64,000 nucleotides of DNA from Cenococcum geophilum (lineage: Eukaryota): positions 4,526,001-4,590,000 of the forward strand of contig CP158635.1 in the NCBI GenBank assembly GCA_050273025.1, read 5' to 3'. The notes beneath the pieces were generated by a model. It did not search any database, was not told where the DNA came from, and saw only the letters and a program-made list of their open reading frames with translations. The position numbers and the translations under genes are program-made. Positions 1-11,455 of this stretch are shown here, piece after piece. How positions within the stretch are numbered: position 1 is the stretch's first letter; each line of letters starts with the position of its first letter.

Positions 1-1143
1 GACCTCGAGGTAAGGATCTTTGACCAAGTTTATTCATAGTCATTTGCTAAATTATCACAGATAACCCAATACCCCGCCCTGTTCCAATCGAGGAGCTTCC
101 TTGCGATACATCGAAACCATACAACTCCGAAGATACATGCTACCCTCTGGACAAAGCCGCGGAGCCATCGTGGAGTCTTACTGAAGTTTTCGGAAGACCC
201 CTCAAGGGCGCCTGCCCTTTGACTGGTGGGAGCGGCGACGGGTCCGAAACTGTGTGTATTAATGTTCCAATGGAACGCGAGGTGCAGGTGAGCACCTCCA
301 GCACCTATGTCGAAGTTAGGCATGAGGACGGGTTGCTGAGATGTTACAAGCTTCCAAGTAAGTGTATAATGCTTTAAGTTATTGTTAGGGGAGAGACATT
401 CTAACCTTCCGCTAGCTGGAACGGACTTCGACCTTATCCTACCCGAACAAATCCCGACAACTAACCTTGCACTTGAACAACCACCGCTTTATGCGGCGCG
501 CTCCATCAATGGACACGGCCAAGAACGTGGCAGCGTGCAGGCTGTAATTACAAATCCCTCTACAACCTCAGCAGTCCAGCTCGTGTACCTCGAATCTTTG
601 CCCTGGTTCATGAAACCATATCTTCATACGCTTCGGGCATCTATCTCCGGCTCCTCCTCTTCCAACCCAATCGAGGAAACTTACTACCGCCCTGCTGTTG
701 ACCGCCATCGCGGCACGCATCTTGAACTGCTCCTGTCCATACCGTCCGCCTCCACCCTCACTTTAACTTATGACTTCGAAAAAGCAATCCTCAGATACAC
801 AGAATATCCACCCGACGCCAATCGTGGCTTCGATGTCGCTCCCGCAGTCATTCGTCTTTTACCTTCGGATTCCAACTCCAACAATCAACGTGTATATCTG
901 CGTACCACATCATTGCTCCTTCCACTTCCAACACCTGACTTCAGTATGCCATACAACGTGATTATCCTCACGAGTACCGTCATGGCACTGGGATTCGGCC
1001 ACATCTTCAACTTATTAGTCAGGCGGTTTGTTGGCGCAGATGAAGTGGGAAACTGGAAAGCGGGTGGGCTGAGAGGCATGCTCCAGGGTCGAATCGAGCG
1101 GCTCCGCGCGCGATTCTTGGGGAAAGGGAAGAAGGATGAGTAG
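1..1143 (+). CDS. GPI16: GPI transamidase component GPI16/PIG-T, 3' part (5' end outside window)
   Basis: Exons <1-9, 61-357, 416-1143 with GT-AG introns 10-60 and 358-415 (ctaac branch site). Translation has RPRDNPIPRP, YLESLPWFMKPYLHTL, YTEYPPDANRGFDV and LPTPDFSMPYNVIILTSTV plus a C-terminal TM helix and KGKKDE tail, typical of PIG-T. Confidence 0.93.
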
Positions 1144-1278
1144 ACTCATAATATACCAATTAGATCACATATCCACCCACCGCGTCTACCCGTGCAAGCT
1201 AGATCATACAACAGGTTGAATAGTACGTGGTTCTACCCAATCTTCATAAACTGCTATTTCGCAGGTGCAAAAAACTCT

Positions 1279-2210
1279 TCAACAGCTGCTGTCTTCTCTG
1301 TCATCCCTTGCTTGAATAGGAACTCCACCAGCGCTTCTAAGGTCTTCCTGTTCGGCTAACTCCATATGGCCACGGATCTCCGCTAAAGACTTCTTCGATC
1401 TCATCAAATTCATTCGCAAGCCATTGCAACATGAATTGCAAAGCTCCGAGAAACAGCATTCGCTTATATGCAATTTCCTGGCTCTCATTCAAGGCATTGA
1501 AGAGACTCGTCGCAGCGAACCGATGTTTTTCGTAATACTCCCTGCGTAGCACAACAAGATGCATGATAGGGAAAATGCCAAATCGCACCAACATTGCTTC
1601 TCGACCTCCTTAAAATCAGGAAACAGGCGCTTCACATGCGGCGCCTATAGTGGCGTCGATCTCGCCGTCCTCGAGCAGCTGGCTCAGCGACTTGCCGCTC
1701 GAGTTCCGAGCGAGCGAGACCGGTTTCGGCATGGGCAAGGCGCTGGGCTGGCTGTAGGCCTGCGGCGTCTCCATCGCGCCTTTGACCCACTGCACGCGCG
1801 ACAGGTCGACGCCTTGCTGCTCCAGCAGCCCGCAGATTCACACCGCGGCCGTCACGGTGTAGAGCTGCACGCCGATCTTTTTGCCGGCTAGGTCTGCGGG
1901 CTTATGCACCATGCGGTCGTTCACGGCGATGAAGCCGTGGCGGAAGGTCCGCGAGGGGAGGGCAGGGATCGCGATGAAGGTGCGGTCGCCGGCGGCGTGG
2001 CGCGTGATGTACTCGGAGACGGAGAGCTCGGACGCGTCGGGTTCCTAGTTGCCGACCATGCGGTCGAAGATGTCGCGTGGGTGGTGGATCGCGAGGAAGT
2101 CGAGGTCTATTCCTTCTGGCTGTACTTCGCCCGTGTACAGCGCGTTCATACGGTCTGTCAGCCCGCAGACAAAGGTGAGCGGGACTTTGGGTATTTTGTC
2201 GTGAGAATAT
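1279..2210 (-). pseudogene. 4,5-dihydroxyphthalate decarboxylase-like (periplasmic-binding-protein fold) pseudogene
   Basis: Minus-strand reading KVPLTFVCGLTDRMNALYTGEVQPEGIDL..PRDIFDRMVGN*E..SELSVSEY..PSRTFRHGFI..DLAGKKIGVQLYTVTAAV*ICGLL..LLEDGEIDATIGA / PHVKRLFPDF / GIFPIMHLVVLRRE..GDPWPYGV. In-frame stops at 2047-2045 and 1840-1838, frameshifts near 1640, 1590 and 1350. No introns seen. Ends approximate. Confidence 0.8.
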
Positions 2211-3325
2211 GGAGCTAGAGATGGGATTTAGGTAGTAAAGTGTGAAATCAATGATCTTGTGAGCAGTTCTGCATCATTATAGCTCTATCGATGGGAGCTA
2301 GGTGGAATTTATACGCATCCCGAAACCTTGCTTTAAAACGTCGGGATGGCAGGACGTTTTGTGGGCCCCTCTTAAGGCTGATAAGTACCGGACAAGCGGG
2401 GTATAGGTGTATCATTTGGGAAATCTCGCTCTGGCATCTGTCCAATCAACAGAATTTGATGCGTTTTCACTTACGTCTACTAGACGTGTGCTTGCCGATC
2501 GCCATACCCGAGCTGACAGCTAGAATAGGATGGGAATTGTACTATTAAGAGTTTCGGAATGAGTCCTCGCGGTACAGAAGTACACTGACAAAATAAAGCT
2601 GCTCTAATGGGCAACATAAGACCAAAAAAAAATTTTTATGGAATTTTGGCGTTCATACAACAAACAGATATATTTCAGTGCCAAATTTACAGAACTCCCT
2701 ATGCCCCTCCTCCCTATTCTCTCTAATATCAAAAGCTTGATTGATCTACATCTCTTCAGATTTTGGATTGTGAATCACTTATATACGACACGGCAGGCCT
2801 GCCGAAACTGGTTTCTGGTCATATTCGAGACCAACTGTTGGTACTAAACACAAGACTAGAGGTGGAGAATAGAGATTGAGCTACGTAAATTCCTCGTCAC
2901 TCCGGTACTAGGTAATTGGATCAGTAAGTAGCTTGCAGAAGGATCTCGTGCTATGGTGGTAGAATTCTAGCTTCGAATGGTTTAGATGCATGTAAATATG
3001 CGGTATCAAGGCCATTTATTCCAATAATTAAGTTTTCATAAAGAATCCCGAGGGTCGTTTCCATGATTGCATCCAGTCTTTTCTTATATCGATACACTGT
3101 CTCGAGTGATCCCAGACCATCGATGACGGTGTATGTTGGATAATACTGAAGGCTCTCGAGGGCTAGGATCTTATTGTGGTTGATTGTAAGGCGTTGTTTG
3201 AGCGGTTTCGAAACCTGAAAAGAATAAACACCAGCTAGCTAGTCCTGCCTTAAAGGCGGCTGCTATGATAATCGTTTGCTTTTTTCAGCCACCAGAATCG
3301 TCAGCTGGCTAGAAGAAGATAGCTC

Positions 3326-4444
3326 TCATAACCCTTTAGTCTTGCCATAAGCGCCTCCGGCCGCTTTTCTCATTTCGAGGGCCCGTTTGTACGGCGGAGC
3401 AGTTGGAGGTTGAATGGGATCAAGGCTTTGTCTGTCTTTAGGTAAATGATATGATGCATCTGCATCGTAAGCCGAAAGATCTCCGCAGGCCAGGAATGGT
3501 GCAATCCATCGGATATCGTCGCTGGTTTCCTCATCATCAGAGCCCAACTCTAATTCTGTGATGCCGTCCTCTCGTAGCCTTCGATAAGGCTTGGTTCGCT
3601 CGGAACCCACTTGATTACCTGCGGGTAATGTAGCACCAGCTCCAAGCGGATTTTCCAGGCTTGCTTTGAAGCCCTCGGGTGGACAAAAGCCCTCACAGAC
3701 AATAAAAGCCTCAATACTGCTAGCTCTACTGCTACGAGGCTTTGCCACACGCACTCTGTCGAAGACAAGTTTTAGTTGAGCATATAGTAAGTCCACATCC
3801 TTGCCTCTAAAGATTTTGGCGACAAATTTGCCGCCCGGCTTCAATACACAAAGGGCCAGATTGAGGGCTGCCCAGAGGAGTTGGCTCTGAACATAGATGT
3901 CAAGATCATGTAGTCCGGTAACATCTGGTGCACCATCTGAAAGAACGAGGTCAACGGGATGAGATGCAGAAGTTGCTGATAGGTCAAACGTTTCCGGGTC
4001 CAGGGCCTGTAGGAGGAGCGGAATGGTGGAGGGATGAGTGATATCTGCTCTGAGCATCGTGATGCCCTCGAGCGGGCTCATCGGCTGCAAATCAATAGCA
4101 ACAATCTTGACATCTTGTCTGGGGTTCAAACCCTCCCTTTTCTCAGTGACCGGAGGTGCTAGTTTGTCATTGTGCGCTTCCTCTCCAAGCACATACAGTC
4201 GTGCTTTTTCCTGCTTTTCTTCCCATCCGGCCCTCCCGAACTTTTCTCCTTTAATTAGGATGCGAGAGAGAACCTGGCTCCAGCTTCCAGGTGCAGCGCA
4301 GAGGTCCACTACGCGCGTAACTCCCTCAAAAAGGTTGAACTCTTCGTCCAATTGGAGGAGCTTGTAGGCACTCCGGGCACGCCAGCCTTCCTCTTTTGCA
4401 AGCCTGTAATAAGCGTCACGCTTGTCTTTTGATGATTTACCCAT
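3326..4444 (-). CDS. TRM7: tRNA (cytidine32/guanosine34-2'-O)-methyltransferase, FtsJ/RrmJ family
   Basis: Intronless 372 aa with [86 protein letters not shown] and PPTAPPY. Confidence 0.95.
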   Translation of the reverse strand: MGKSSKDKRDAYYRLAKEEGWRARSAYKLLQLDEEFNLFEGVTRVVDLCAAPGSWSQVLSRILIKGEKFGRAGWEEKQEKARLYVLGEEAHNDKLAPPVTEKREGLNPRQDVKIVAIDLQPMSPLEGITMLRADITHPSTIPLLLQALDPETFDLSATSASHPVDLVLSDGAPDVTGLHDLDIYVQSQLLWAALNLALCVLKPGGKFVAKIFRGKDVDLLYAQLKLVFDRVRVAKPRSSRASSIEAFIVCEGFCPPEGFKASLENPLGAGATLPAGNQVGSERTKPYRRLREDGITELELGSDDEETSDDIRWIAPFLACGDLSAYDADASYHLPKDRQSLDPIQPPTAPPYKRALEMRKAAGGAYGKTKGL

Positions 4445-4627
4445 TCTGAAGAGGCGCAGTCGCTTTTCAAGATTGTTGGAGTCGCGGGGTAAATCGAGTA
4501 GAAAGTTGCGGAGTTCTTCGGGTGTTTGATTTTTAGATTTCTAAACGGCAACTTTTCGCGAGGATTTTGAAACCTTCAATACCAAACTTTCTCCATGCGC
4601 ACTTCTCCCTACAGGCAACACGACACC
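4445..4627. promoter_or_regulatory. probable bidirectional promoter between TRM7 and MAK5
   Basis: Divergent start codons only ~150-180 bp apart; inferred from gene layout only. Confidence 0.55.
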
Positions 4628-6967
4628 ATGCCTCAGATAGAGAAAAAACGCAGATTACCTCCGAAAATCGCAGCCATGAAGGTGCGGAAGCGACAAAAGC
4701 TTGACGGCACCACAAACCTTCCTCCGGTCCGAAAGTCGAAGCCCACCAAGCGCGGCCAAAATGTCCGTCTTGATGAGCTCCAATGGAAGGAGGTACCCAT
4801 GCCCGATCGATTGGACGACTTCGAGGGATTTTTTGGATTGGAAGAGATTGAAGATGTGGATGTAATTCGAGACGCTGAGACAGGCAACATGTCGTTTGCG
4901 GCTTTAGGAAATGGCAACAAGAGATCTGGCTCAGTATCTCAGGAACAAGAGATCAGCAATGACAAAGAGGTTGACCCAGAGGAGTACAAAGCTGTGGATT
5001 ATGAGAGTAATGGAGAGGAATGGTTTGGTTTCAGCGATGGAGAGAAGGCTGAAGATCAGGAACCTGTAGATTTGCCTACAAAGACACAAAAAAAGGCTGC
5101 CAAAAAAGATGGAAAAAGGAAGGATGCTGTACAGAAAAATGCCAAAGAGTCACTTAAAATTAGGAGCACAGCTTTTGATGCTCTACAAGAAGAAGCTTTA
5201 GACGATGATGGTGATGCTGGCGAGACGGATATGTCCGCATGGTCCTCTTTGAATCTATCTTCAGAAACATTAGCATCTCTTTCGAAATTGAAATTCTCCC
5301 AGCCGACACCGATACAATCCGCTGTAATACCTGAGATTATTTCTGGGCACGATGTTATAGGCAAAGCATCCACTGGTTCTGGAAAGACTCTAGCTTTCGG
5401 GATACCCATCCTTGAACATTATCTAGCTTCGCTTCCACGAATGGAAAACTCTTCAAAGAAGACCTCTCAGCAGGCCCCCCCTCTTGCTCTAATTCTATCC
5501 CCTACAAGAGAATTGGCACATCAAATTACGTCTCATTTAGAAGCTTTGTGTTCAGGTGCAAGCCTTGAAGGTCCGTCGATTGCGACACTTACAGGAGGCC
5601 TGTCCGTCCAGAAGCAACAACGCCTACTCTCACACGCTGGTATCGTTATCGGTACACCTGGCCGACTATGGGAAGTTATCAGCTCTGGGCACGGGCTGTT
5701 AAAATTATTTAAACAGATTCGATTTCTAGTTGTTGACGAAGCCGATCGACTTCTCAGCGAAGGTCATTTCAAGGAAGTTGAAGAAATCCTCAATGTGCTA
5801 GAGTGCGAAGATGAGGATGAAGACGACTCCTCCGACGCTGCGCCTAAACCCGATAACCAAGAACGTCAAACTCTAGTGTTTTCAGCAACTTTCCACAAGG
5901 GTTTGCAGCAGAAGCTGGCCGGCAAAGGCAAAGCGGGAGGTGAACTGATGGACAAGCAAGAATCCATGGAGTATCTTCTTAAAAAGCTACGATTCAGGGA
6001 AGAGAAGCCAAAATTCATTGATGTTAATCCGGTATCCCAAATGGCTTCTGGCCTAAAGGAGGGACTAATAGAATGCGCCGGCACGGAAAAAGACCTCTAC
6101 CTCTATGCCCTTCTACTCCACCATCCAAACAAGCGCACCCTTATCTTCACCAATTCCATATCCGCCGTCCGTCGCTTGACTCCCTTCCTCCAAAACCTCA
6201 ACCTTCCAGCACTCGCCCTGCATTCGCAGATGCCTCAAAAAGCACGTCTCCGCTCAATCGAGCGTTTCACCGCTCAAGATGGTTCTATACTAGTCGCAAC
6301 TGATGTCGCTGCCCGAGGTCTTGATATCCCCGGCGTACAACTCATCCTGCACTACCATCTTCCTCGTGCTGCCGACACGTACGTTCACCGGTCGGGCCGG
6401 ACTGCGCGCGGCGACTCGTCCGGCTCCAGCATCCTGCTCTGCGCACCTGAAGAGGTGGCAGGCGTAAGACGACTTGTGGCAAAAGTGCACGTTCGATCGA
6501 ACGCCGAGGATAAAAAGAAGGGCACCTACTTCATGCGCTCGCTCGATATCGACAGGCGCGTAGTTTCTAGATTGAAGCCGCGTGCTGTGTTAGCGAAGCA
6601 GCTTGCTGACACGACCATTGCCAAGGAAAAGAAGAATCACGAGGATGACTGGCTGCGGGCCGCAGCTGAGGATCTTGGTGTTGAGTATGATAGCGAGGAG
6701 TTTGAGGCGGAAGTAACTGGGCGGCGTGGAAGAGGCAATGGACGTAAGAAGAAAGAGAGGGAGGCTCGATCGATGAGTAAGGGTGAGGTACAGGCATTAA
6801 GGGCGGAGTTGAAGGAGTTATTGAGCCAGAGAGTCAATATAGGTGTCAGCGAGCGATATCTGACGAGCGGTGGTGTGGATGTGGATGCGTTGCTTAAAGG
6901 ACAAGCCAAGGGAGATTTCCTCGGGACAGTGAAAGGGCTCGGGTTCGAAGATGAGGATTTGGGCTGA
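4595..6967 (+). CDS. MAK5: ATP-dependent DEAD-box RNA helicase MAK5/DDX24 (60S biogenesis)
   Basis: 790-aa ORF (true start may be the ATG at 4628). Q motif PTPIQ, ASTGSGKT, PTRELA, GTPGRLW, DEADRL, SAT, ARGLD and HRSGRTAR, with a MAK5-type N-terminal LDELQWKEV..GFFGLEEI and C-terminal WLRAAAEDLGV. Confidence 0.93.
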   Translation: MRTSPYRQHDTMPQIEKKRRLPPKIAAMKVRKRQKLDGTTNLPPVRKSKPTKRGQNVRLDELQWKEVPMPDRLDDFEGFFGLEEIEDVDVIRDAETGNMSFAALGNGNKRSGSVSQEQEISNDKEVDPEEYKAVDYESNGEEWFGFSDGEKAEDQEPVDLPTKTQKKAAKKDGKRKDAVQKNAKESLKIRSTAFDALQEEALDDDGDAGETDMSAWSSLNLSSETLASLSKLKFSQPTPIQSAVIPEIISGHDVIGKASTGSGKTLAFGIPILEHYLASLPRMENSSKKTSQQAPPLALILSPTRELAHQITSHLEALCSGASLEGPSIATLTGGLSVQKQQRLLSHAGIVIGTPGRLWEVISSGHGLLKLFKQIRFLVVDEADRLLSEGHFKEVEEILNVLECEDEDEDDSSDAAPKPDNQERQTLVFSATFHKGLQQKLAGKGKAGGELMDKQESMEYLLKKLRFREEKPKFIDVNPVSQMASGLKEGLIECAGTEKDLYLYALLLHHPNKRTLIFTNSISAVRRLTPFLQNLNLPALALHSQMPQKARLRSIERFTAQDGSILVATDVAARGLDIPGVQLILHYHLPRAADTYVHRSGRTARGDSSGSSILLCAPEEVAGVRRLVAKVHVRSNAEDKKKGTYFMRSLDIDRRVVSRLKPRAVLAKQLADTTIAKEKKNHEDDWLRAAAEDLGVEYDSEEFEAEVTGRRGRGNGRKKKEREARSMSKGEVQALRAELKELLSQRVNIGVSERYLTSGGVDVDALLKGQAKGDFLGTVKGLGFEDEDLG

Positions 6968-7058
6968 TACTGCCATTGGTCTTCTCGTGTTCAGACGATA
7001 TATAGCTTGTACGGGCTCCGGCGTCCCCCCTGTGTGTGTGTGTGCGGTACACACCTAA

Positions 7059-7937
7059 TTTCGCTACGTCTGCAGCCAAAATAGTATGTAGAGCTAGCAG
7101 GAAGGGGTAGTACGTGCCAGGGCTTGAGCCACGGCCCATCTCGAATTCGGAGCTCGATTTTGAATCTATTCTGAATTCCTCTCCCCACCAAATTGTAACA
7201 TCATCTCCAGATCTTGGTGTTTTACCCCATTGCCTTCCTCAATATGACTCCAAATGGGTGACTGGCAGCACGCCTTCATTGAAATCCTTCTTGCAGCCAG
7301 TGCCAGTAAGCGTGTATGCGCTCGTCAAGCTGGTTGCTCTATTCGGAAGAATATAAGACTACACGGAAAAACGAGGCTCGATCACGAATAAGCCGAGATG
7401 CATACTAAGAAACGAAATGATTGTTCGCTAAGTAGATGGGCGACTAGATGGGCGACCTGCAGAGGCAGCAGAATCACGACTTTTGGTGAGGGAGAGGAGT
7501 TCAGAATACAGGCAAAACTCCTTCATTTGGTATTACGATCTATACGCCCTAATCAAGCCTTTTTTAGTGTAACTAACGATAATATGGCTTTTGACGATAT
7601 CTTTAAGCCCTACCACCAATATCGGTATACCTAGTTGTATGGGAAGGGGTATATCTGGCCCTAGGGAGGGAAATCTATACCCTTTAGGCTTTAAGATCCA
7701 GTTTTTATTAAGGTTTTACCTTAATCACCCTACACGTGACTTTTGATATAACATTGCCATTGGTATTACGATACATTTGGCGCCAAAACCCATATCGTAC
7801 TAAGGAGTTTTGCCTGTAACTTCAAAATCGAGCTCAGAGCTCCGAATTCGAGGTGGGCCGTGGCTTAAGCCCTGGCTACGTACTAAACCCCATCCTGCTA
7901 GCTCTACATACTAATTTTAGCTGCAGACGTAGCGAAC
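7059..7937. mobile_element. MITE-like element with ~110-bp imperfect terminal inverted repeats
   Basis: 7059-7165 (ttcgctacgtctgcagccaaaatagtatgtagagctagcagga...cgaattcggagctcgattttgaa) is the reverse complement of 7821-7937. No convincing coding sequence inside; TSD not resolved. Confidence 0.7.
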
Positions 7938-7989
7938 GCCTCTATTCGCGATCGGCCAGTACCGTGATCGTTGTCAACTGTCGTAGGGT

Positions 7990-8510
7990 TTCCACCCGTA
8001 CGATATCGCCAAATTTCATCGACTTCTCTGCAGAGACGTCTTTAATTTAATTCTCTTAGCCAGCCAAGGCGACTCTCTAGGGCAACCAAAAAGGTCCTTG
8101 CATGCAGCCACAGCCGTTCGCTACAATTACTATGTACAGTTGGTGGCAACCAAGCACATGGCTTCACCCCCCACTTTGGCAAAAGCCTGATTGCCACTAA
8201 CTGTTTATAGCAATTGTAGCGAACGCCTATGCTTGGCTAAGAACTTCAAGCTGTTCGCTCTAGTGTCGTGATATTTATTAAATATCGTGAGGTGTCTACC
8301 GGTACGATATTACCAAATATCATCGACCGGATCCCTGCAGAAGTAGTATTGTTTTAGCGACGGCATGGGCACAGAAGGACGAGAAAAGGAAGTTCAATTG
8401 CTTTAATTCAATTCCCCCGGCCAACCAGAATAATTCCCAGGGCAACTAAAATAGTCCTTGCGTGCAGCCACAAGCGTTCGCTACGGTTGCTATGTATGGT
8501 TAGTGGCGAC
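7990..8510. repeat. cluster of short direct and inverted repeats (TE-end remnants)
   Basis: Direct repeat ~7995-8150 vs ~8300-8510. Inverted pair 8115-8150 / 8190-8226 (cgttcgctacaattactatgtacagttggtggcaa), which shares the ttcgctac end with the 7059-7937 element. Confidence 0.6.
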
Positions 8511-9493
8511 TAGCAAAATCATATGCGAGCGAAATTAACTTTCGTCAAAGGGGGGGTGTGAAACTGGTCATGCACAGAGCTGTAGCCCTGTCGTTAGTTT
8601 ACGTACATTAGGGGGAATGCTCATTCTACGACATTGATTATCTATGCTAATTGCTCGATATAACGGCTTTGCTATATGACCTCAAGGTCTGAACCTATGA
8701 TGTGCAGTGATGTTGCCGAGCATCCATTATATTGGAGCAGAGAGCTGCACTGTCAATGTCAGGCCATATCCCTGTGATGTCCTACGAAAGTTGGATCGTG
8801 CGCAGAACACTAAATACTAGAATCAAAAGTACGCGTATTATCTACATAGATTCAGTTAATATACATTAATTCACCATGCCTTCCAATTATACTTCTAATA
8901 ATAGAGACTTTATCCCACTAACTTAATATTTATATTAAGCAACTTAACTCTAAAGATTAAGTGTATATAGCAATTACATATTACGTAGAATCAATCACGG
9001 AGCCTTGATCCTATTAATTCTATTGGCTGGATCTTTACGAAAAATATCTCTATCAGAACTTTCGTGCGAATCCTCGTCCGCTCGATCCGACATAACTAAT
9101 CATAGCTTAAGACGACTTTTGTCGCACGAATGACTATTTCCGGATCGTCGCGCGTCTCGACGGGTTTCTCGTGAAACATTATTTCTTCCAGCCAGAGGAA
9201 GCTTTGACTTTACATAAACTCCATCTTTTCGCTAAGCTACAAGTTAGATCAAGATAGTAAACATGCCATGCAGTGATGGCATCAGCAGACACCACTAAAC
9301 CTCAGAATCCCCGAGATCCATTACTAACTCGAGCCTAAGCTCATGCTTACGTTGCACACGGTAGATCGGCAGCCTTCTCTCCGCCTCCAAATAAAAGCCC
9401 ATTCCCTCCCCTCTCCCTAAAAATTTCTTCGAGGTCTCTCAAACACTCCTATCCCTCCATCCTTCTCCCAGAACACCACCCCAAGCCCCAAAA

Positions 9494-10276
9494 ATGTCTA
9501 CAATCGACTCCACCCTCCCCAGCCCCCTCCATCCCCCCTTCCCACGCCCCGCAGCACCCATCCCCGAAACCGCGCGCACCGCCTCCGTAATCCGGACCCT
9601 GCAGCTGCAAGAACACATCGAGGGGGGCTACTTCGCCGAAACGGATCGCGACCCGCTGCGCGTTCCGAACCCGTTCCTGGCGTCCGCGCCATCGCAGTCG
9701 CAGCTGCGCACCGCGACACCGCGCGACCCCACCGACGCCACACGCAATGCCAGCACGTCTATCTTCTACCTGCTGACGCCTGGCCGTCCGCTTGGCGCCT
9801 GGCATCGCAATCGCGGCCGCACGGTGCACACGCTGCATTGGGGCCGCGGGCGGTATGTGATTATCCATGCGGATGAAGTTGAGGGGGGAGCGGGGAGGGC
9901 GCGGGTGGAGACGTTTGTGGTGGGGAAGGATGTCGAGCGCGGGGAGCGGCTGCAGTGGGTTGTGGAAGGGGGGAAGTACAAGGCGAGCTTTCTGTTGGAG
10001 GATGAGGAAGGGCGGGGGGTGAGTGAGGGGGGCCTGTTGATTAGTGAGGTTAGTAACTTGCCTTTTTTTTTGGGTTAATGATTTGTAACTTAGGAAGAGA
10101 GGGAGCTGACCGTGTTGAAGACTGTGGTTCCTGGGTTTGAGTACTCAGACCATGATTTCTTGCTCCCGGAGCGGCTGAAGGAGCTGGTGACGCCGGAGCA
10201 GGCAGAGGAGATGGCGTGGATGCTGAGGAGGGGACCGCCGCCCGAAGAGCATGAGTTAGAGTATAAAAGTAAATGA
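9494..10276 (+). CDS. DUF985 (Cupin_5) cupin-superfamily protein, YML079W/Cff1-like
   Basis: Exons 9494-10048 and 10121-10276, intron gttagt...gctgac...aag. Motifs LQEHIEGGYFAETDR, STSIFYLLT, HRNRGRTVHTLHWGRGRY, LQWVVEGGKYKASFL and LISE|TVVPGFEYSDHDF. Confidence 0.88.
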
Positions 10277-11108
10277 ACGATGGGATTCTTCTGTAAGTGG
10301 TATGCGTGGTCGAGACTATAGAAGGGGTTTGAGCAGTCAAACCGGTTCTTAGGAAATAGAACCATTTTCAATTGATAAAGTTTCGGCTACATATCTCTAC
10401 GCAAAAACAGTCCAATATGAAAAGACAAACCTAGTGCCGCTTGTGTTTATGGTCCTTCAAAGCCGGAGCAGGTTCTTCTCTGTACTGGCACTTTAGCGTC
10501 AGGAGGTGAAGGTACTGACACCGTGGGCTTTGGCCGTAAGGTTGGGACCGCGAAATCGATTTATGGAATGAGAAGATGTTATGACTCGTTTGATACTGCT
10601 GTTGAGGATTCCGAATGTCACAGTGGCAAGAGACCTGAGCACGGACAGGCTTCCTTATCCGAATTTTCAACATGAAACTCACCGACATGGCCCCGTGTCG
10701 ATTCATTCGTGAAAAGCGTACACCGCCTCATTAGAAAAACGAAGCTACTGAGGGATTTGAGTGAATGGAAACCAAACACTTGACTTTCTTAGGAAGACTA
10801 ACCAGAGCAGTCATAAAAGGTGGGAATACTAGAATACTAACGCCTCTCTATGACCCCTGAGGTTGCAACTGAAGATCCTGTTTTCAGCCCCTTAGGATAA
10901 TGGCAACCGATATAACAGTATGAAATATGTTGAGCCTCTCGCGGGTTGTGCTTCTGACATTGTGACCGTGCCCTAGAAATGCCCTAAGGATCAAAAAAGC
11001 CGAATGGTGCAAGAAAGTCTGAAAGACAACCGAATTGTTATGCAAATTCATGATTGTGGCATCTTTTTCCACACACAACGATTTTGAAACGCCTTTGTGT
11101 CCATTTTC

Positions 11109-11455
11109 CTATCCTCGATCCTGCTCCTCGCATCGTAGCCCAATTTCGCACTGTTCGAGAAACGACTACGTTTCGTTAGCAGTCTTCTAGAGATGAATGC
11201 AAGCACTTCGATATGAGGTACAAAAACGCTCATTTTTTAACTGGGGTGGACACAACGGACTTCCGAAAGCGGTTCTGGAGTTTCTATGTACCATCTGTTA
11301 CGCCTATACTACAACTTTGTCAGAGAAAAGTCGCAGCATAATGCTAAAAGTTGATTTACCCTGACTCTATACCGATCGATCCCAAATGCCTTCGTAAGAA
11401 GAGTATGGAGCTTTTGATCATCGATATATCGATCGTGGAGGATTTGAGAGTGCAT
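11109..11455 (-). CDS. small 66-aa hypothetical protein, 3 exons (absent from the ORF track)
   Basis: Exons 11455-11360, 11308-11261 and 11165-11109. Phase-0 introns gtaaat..ctgac..tag and gtccgt..gctaac..tag. Protein MHSQILHDRYIDDQKLHTLLTKAFGIDRYRVRYRRNRWYIETPEPLSESFLEQCEIGLRCEEQDRG*. Confidence 0.7.

Noticed and set aside
1559..2218. Plus-strand ORFs 1559-1891 and 1904-2218
   Set aside because: Antisense shadows of the GC-rich minus-strand decarboxylase-like pseudogene.
2945..2990. tRNA-like ggtggtagaattct motif
   Set aside because: No T-loop (GTTCRA) at the right spacing and no cloverleaf.
4633..7191. Numerous short ORFs overlapping MAK5
   Set aside because: Antisense or alternate-frame by-products of the helicase CDS.
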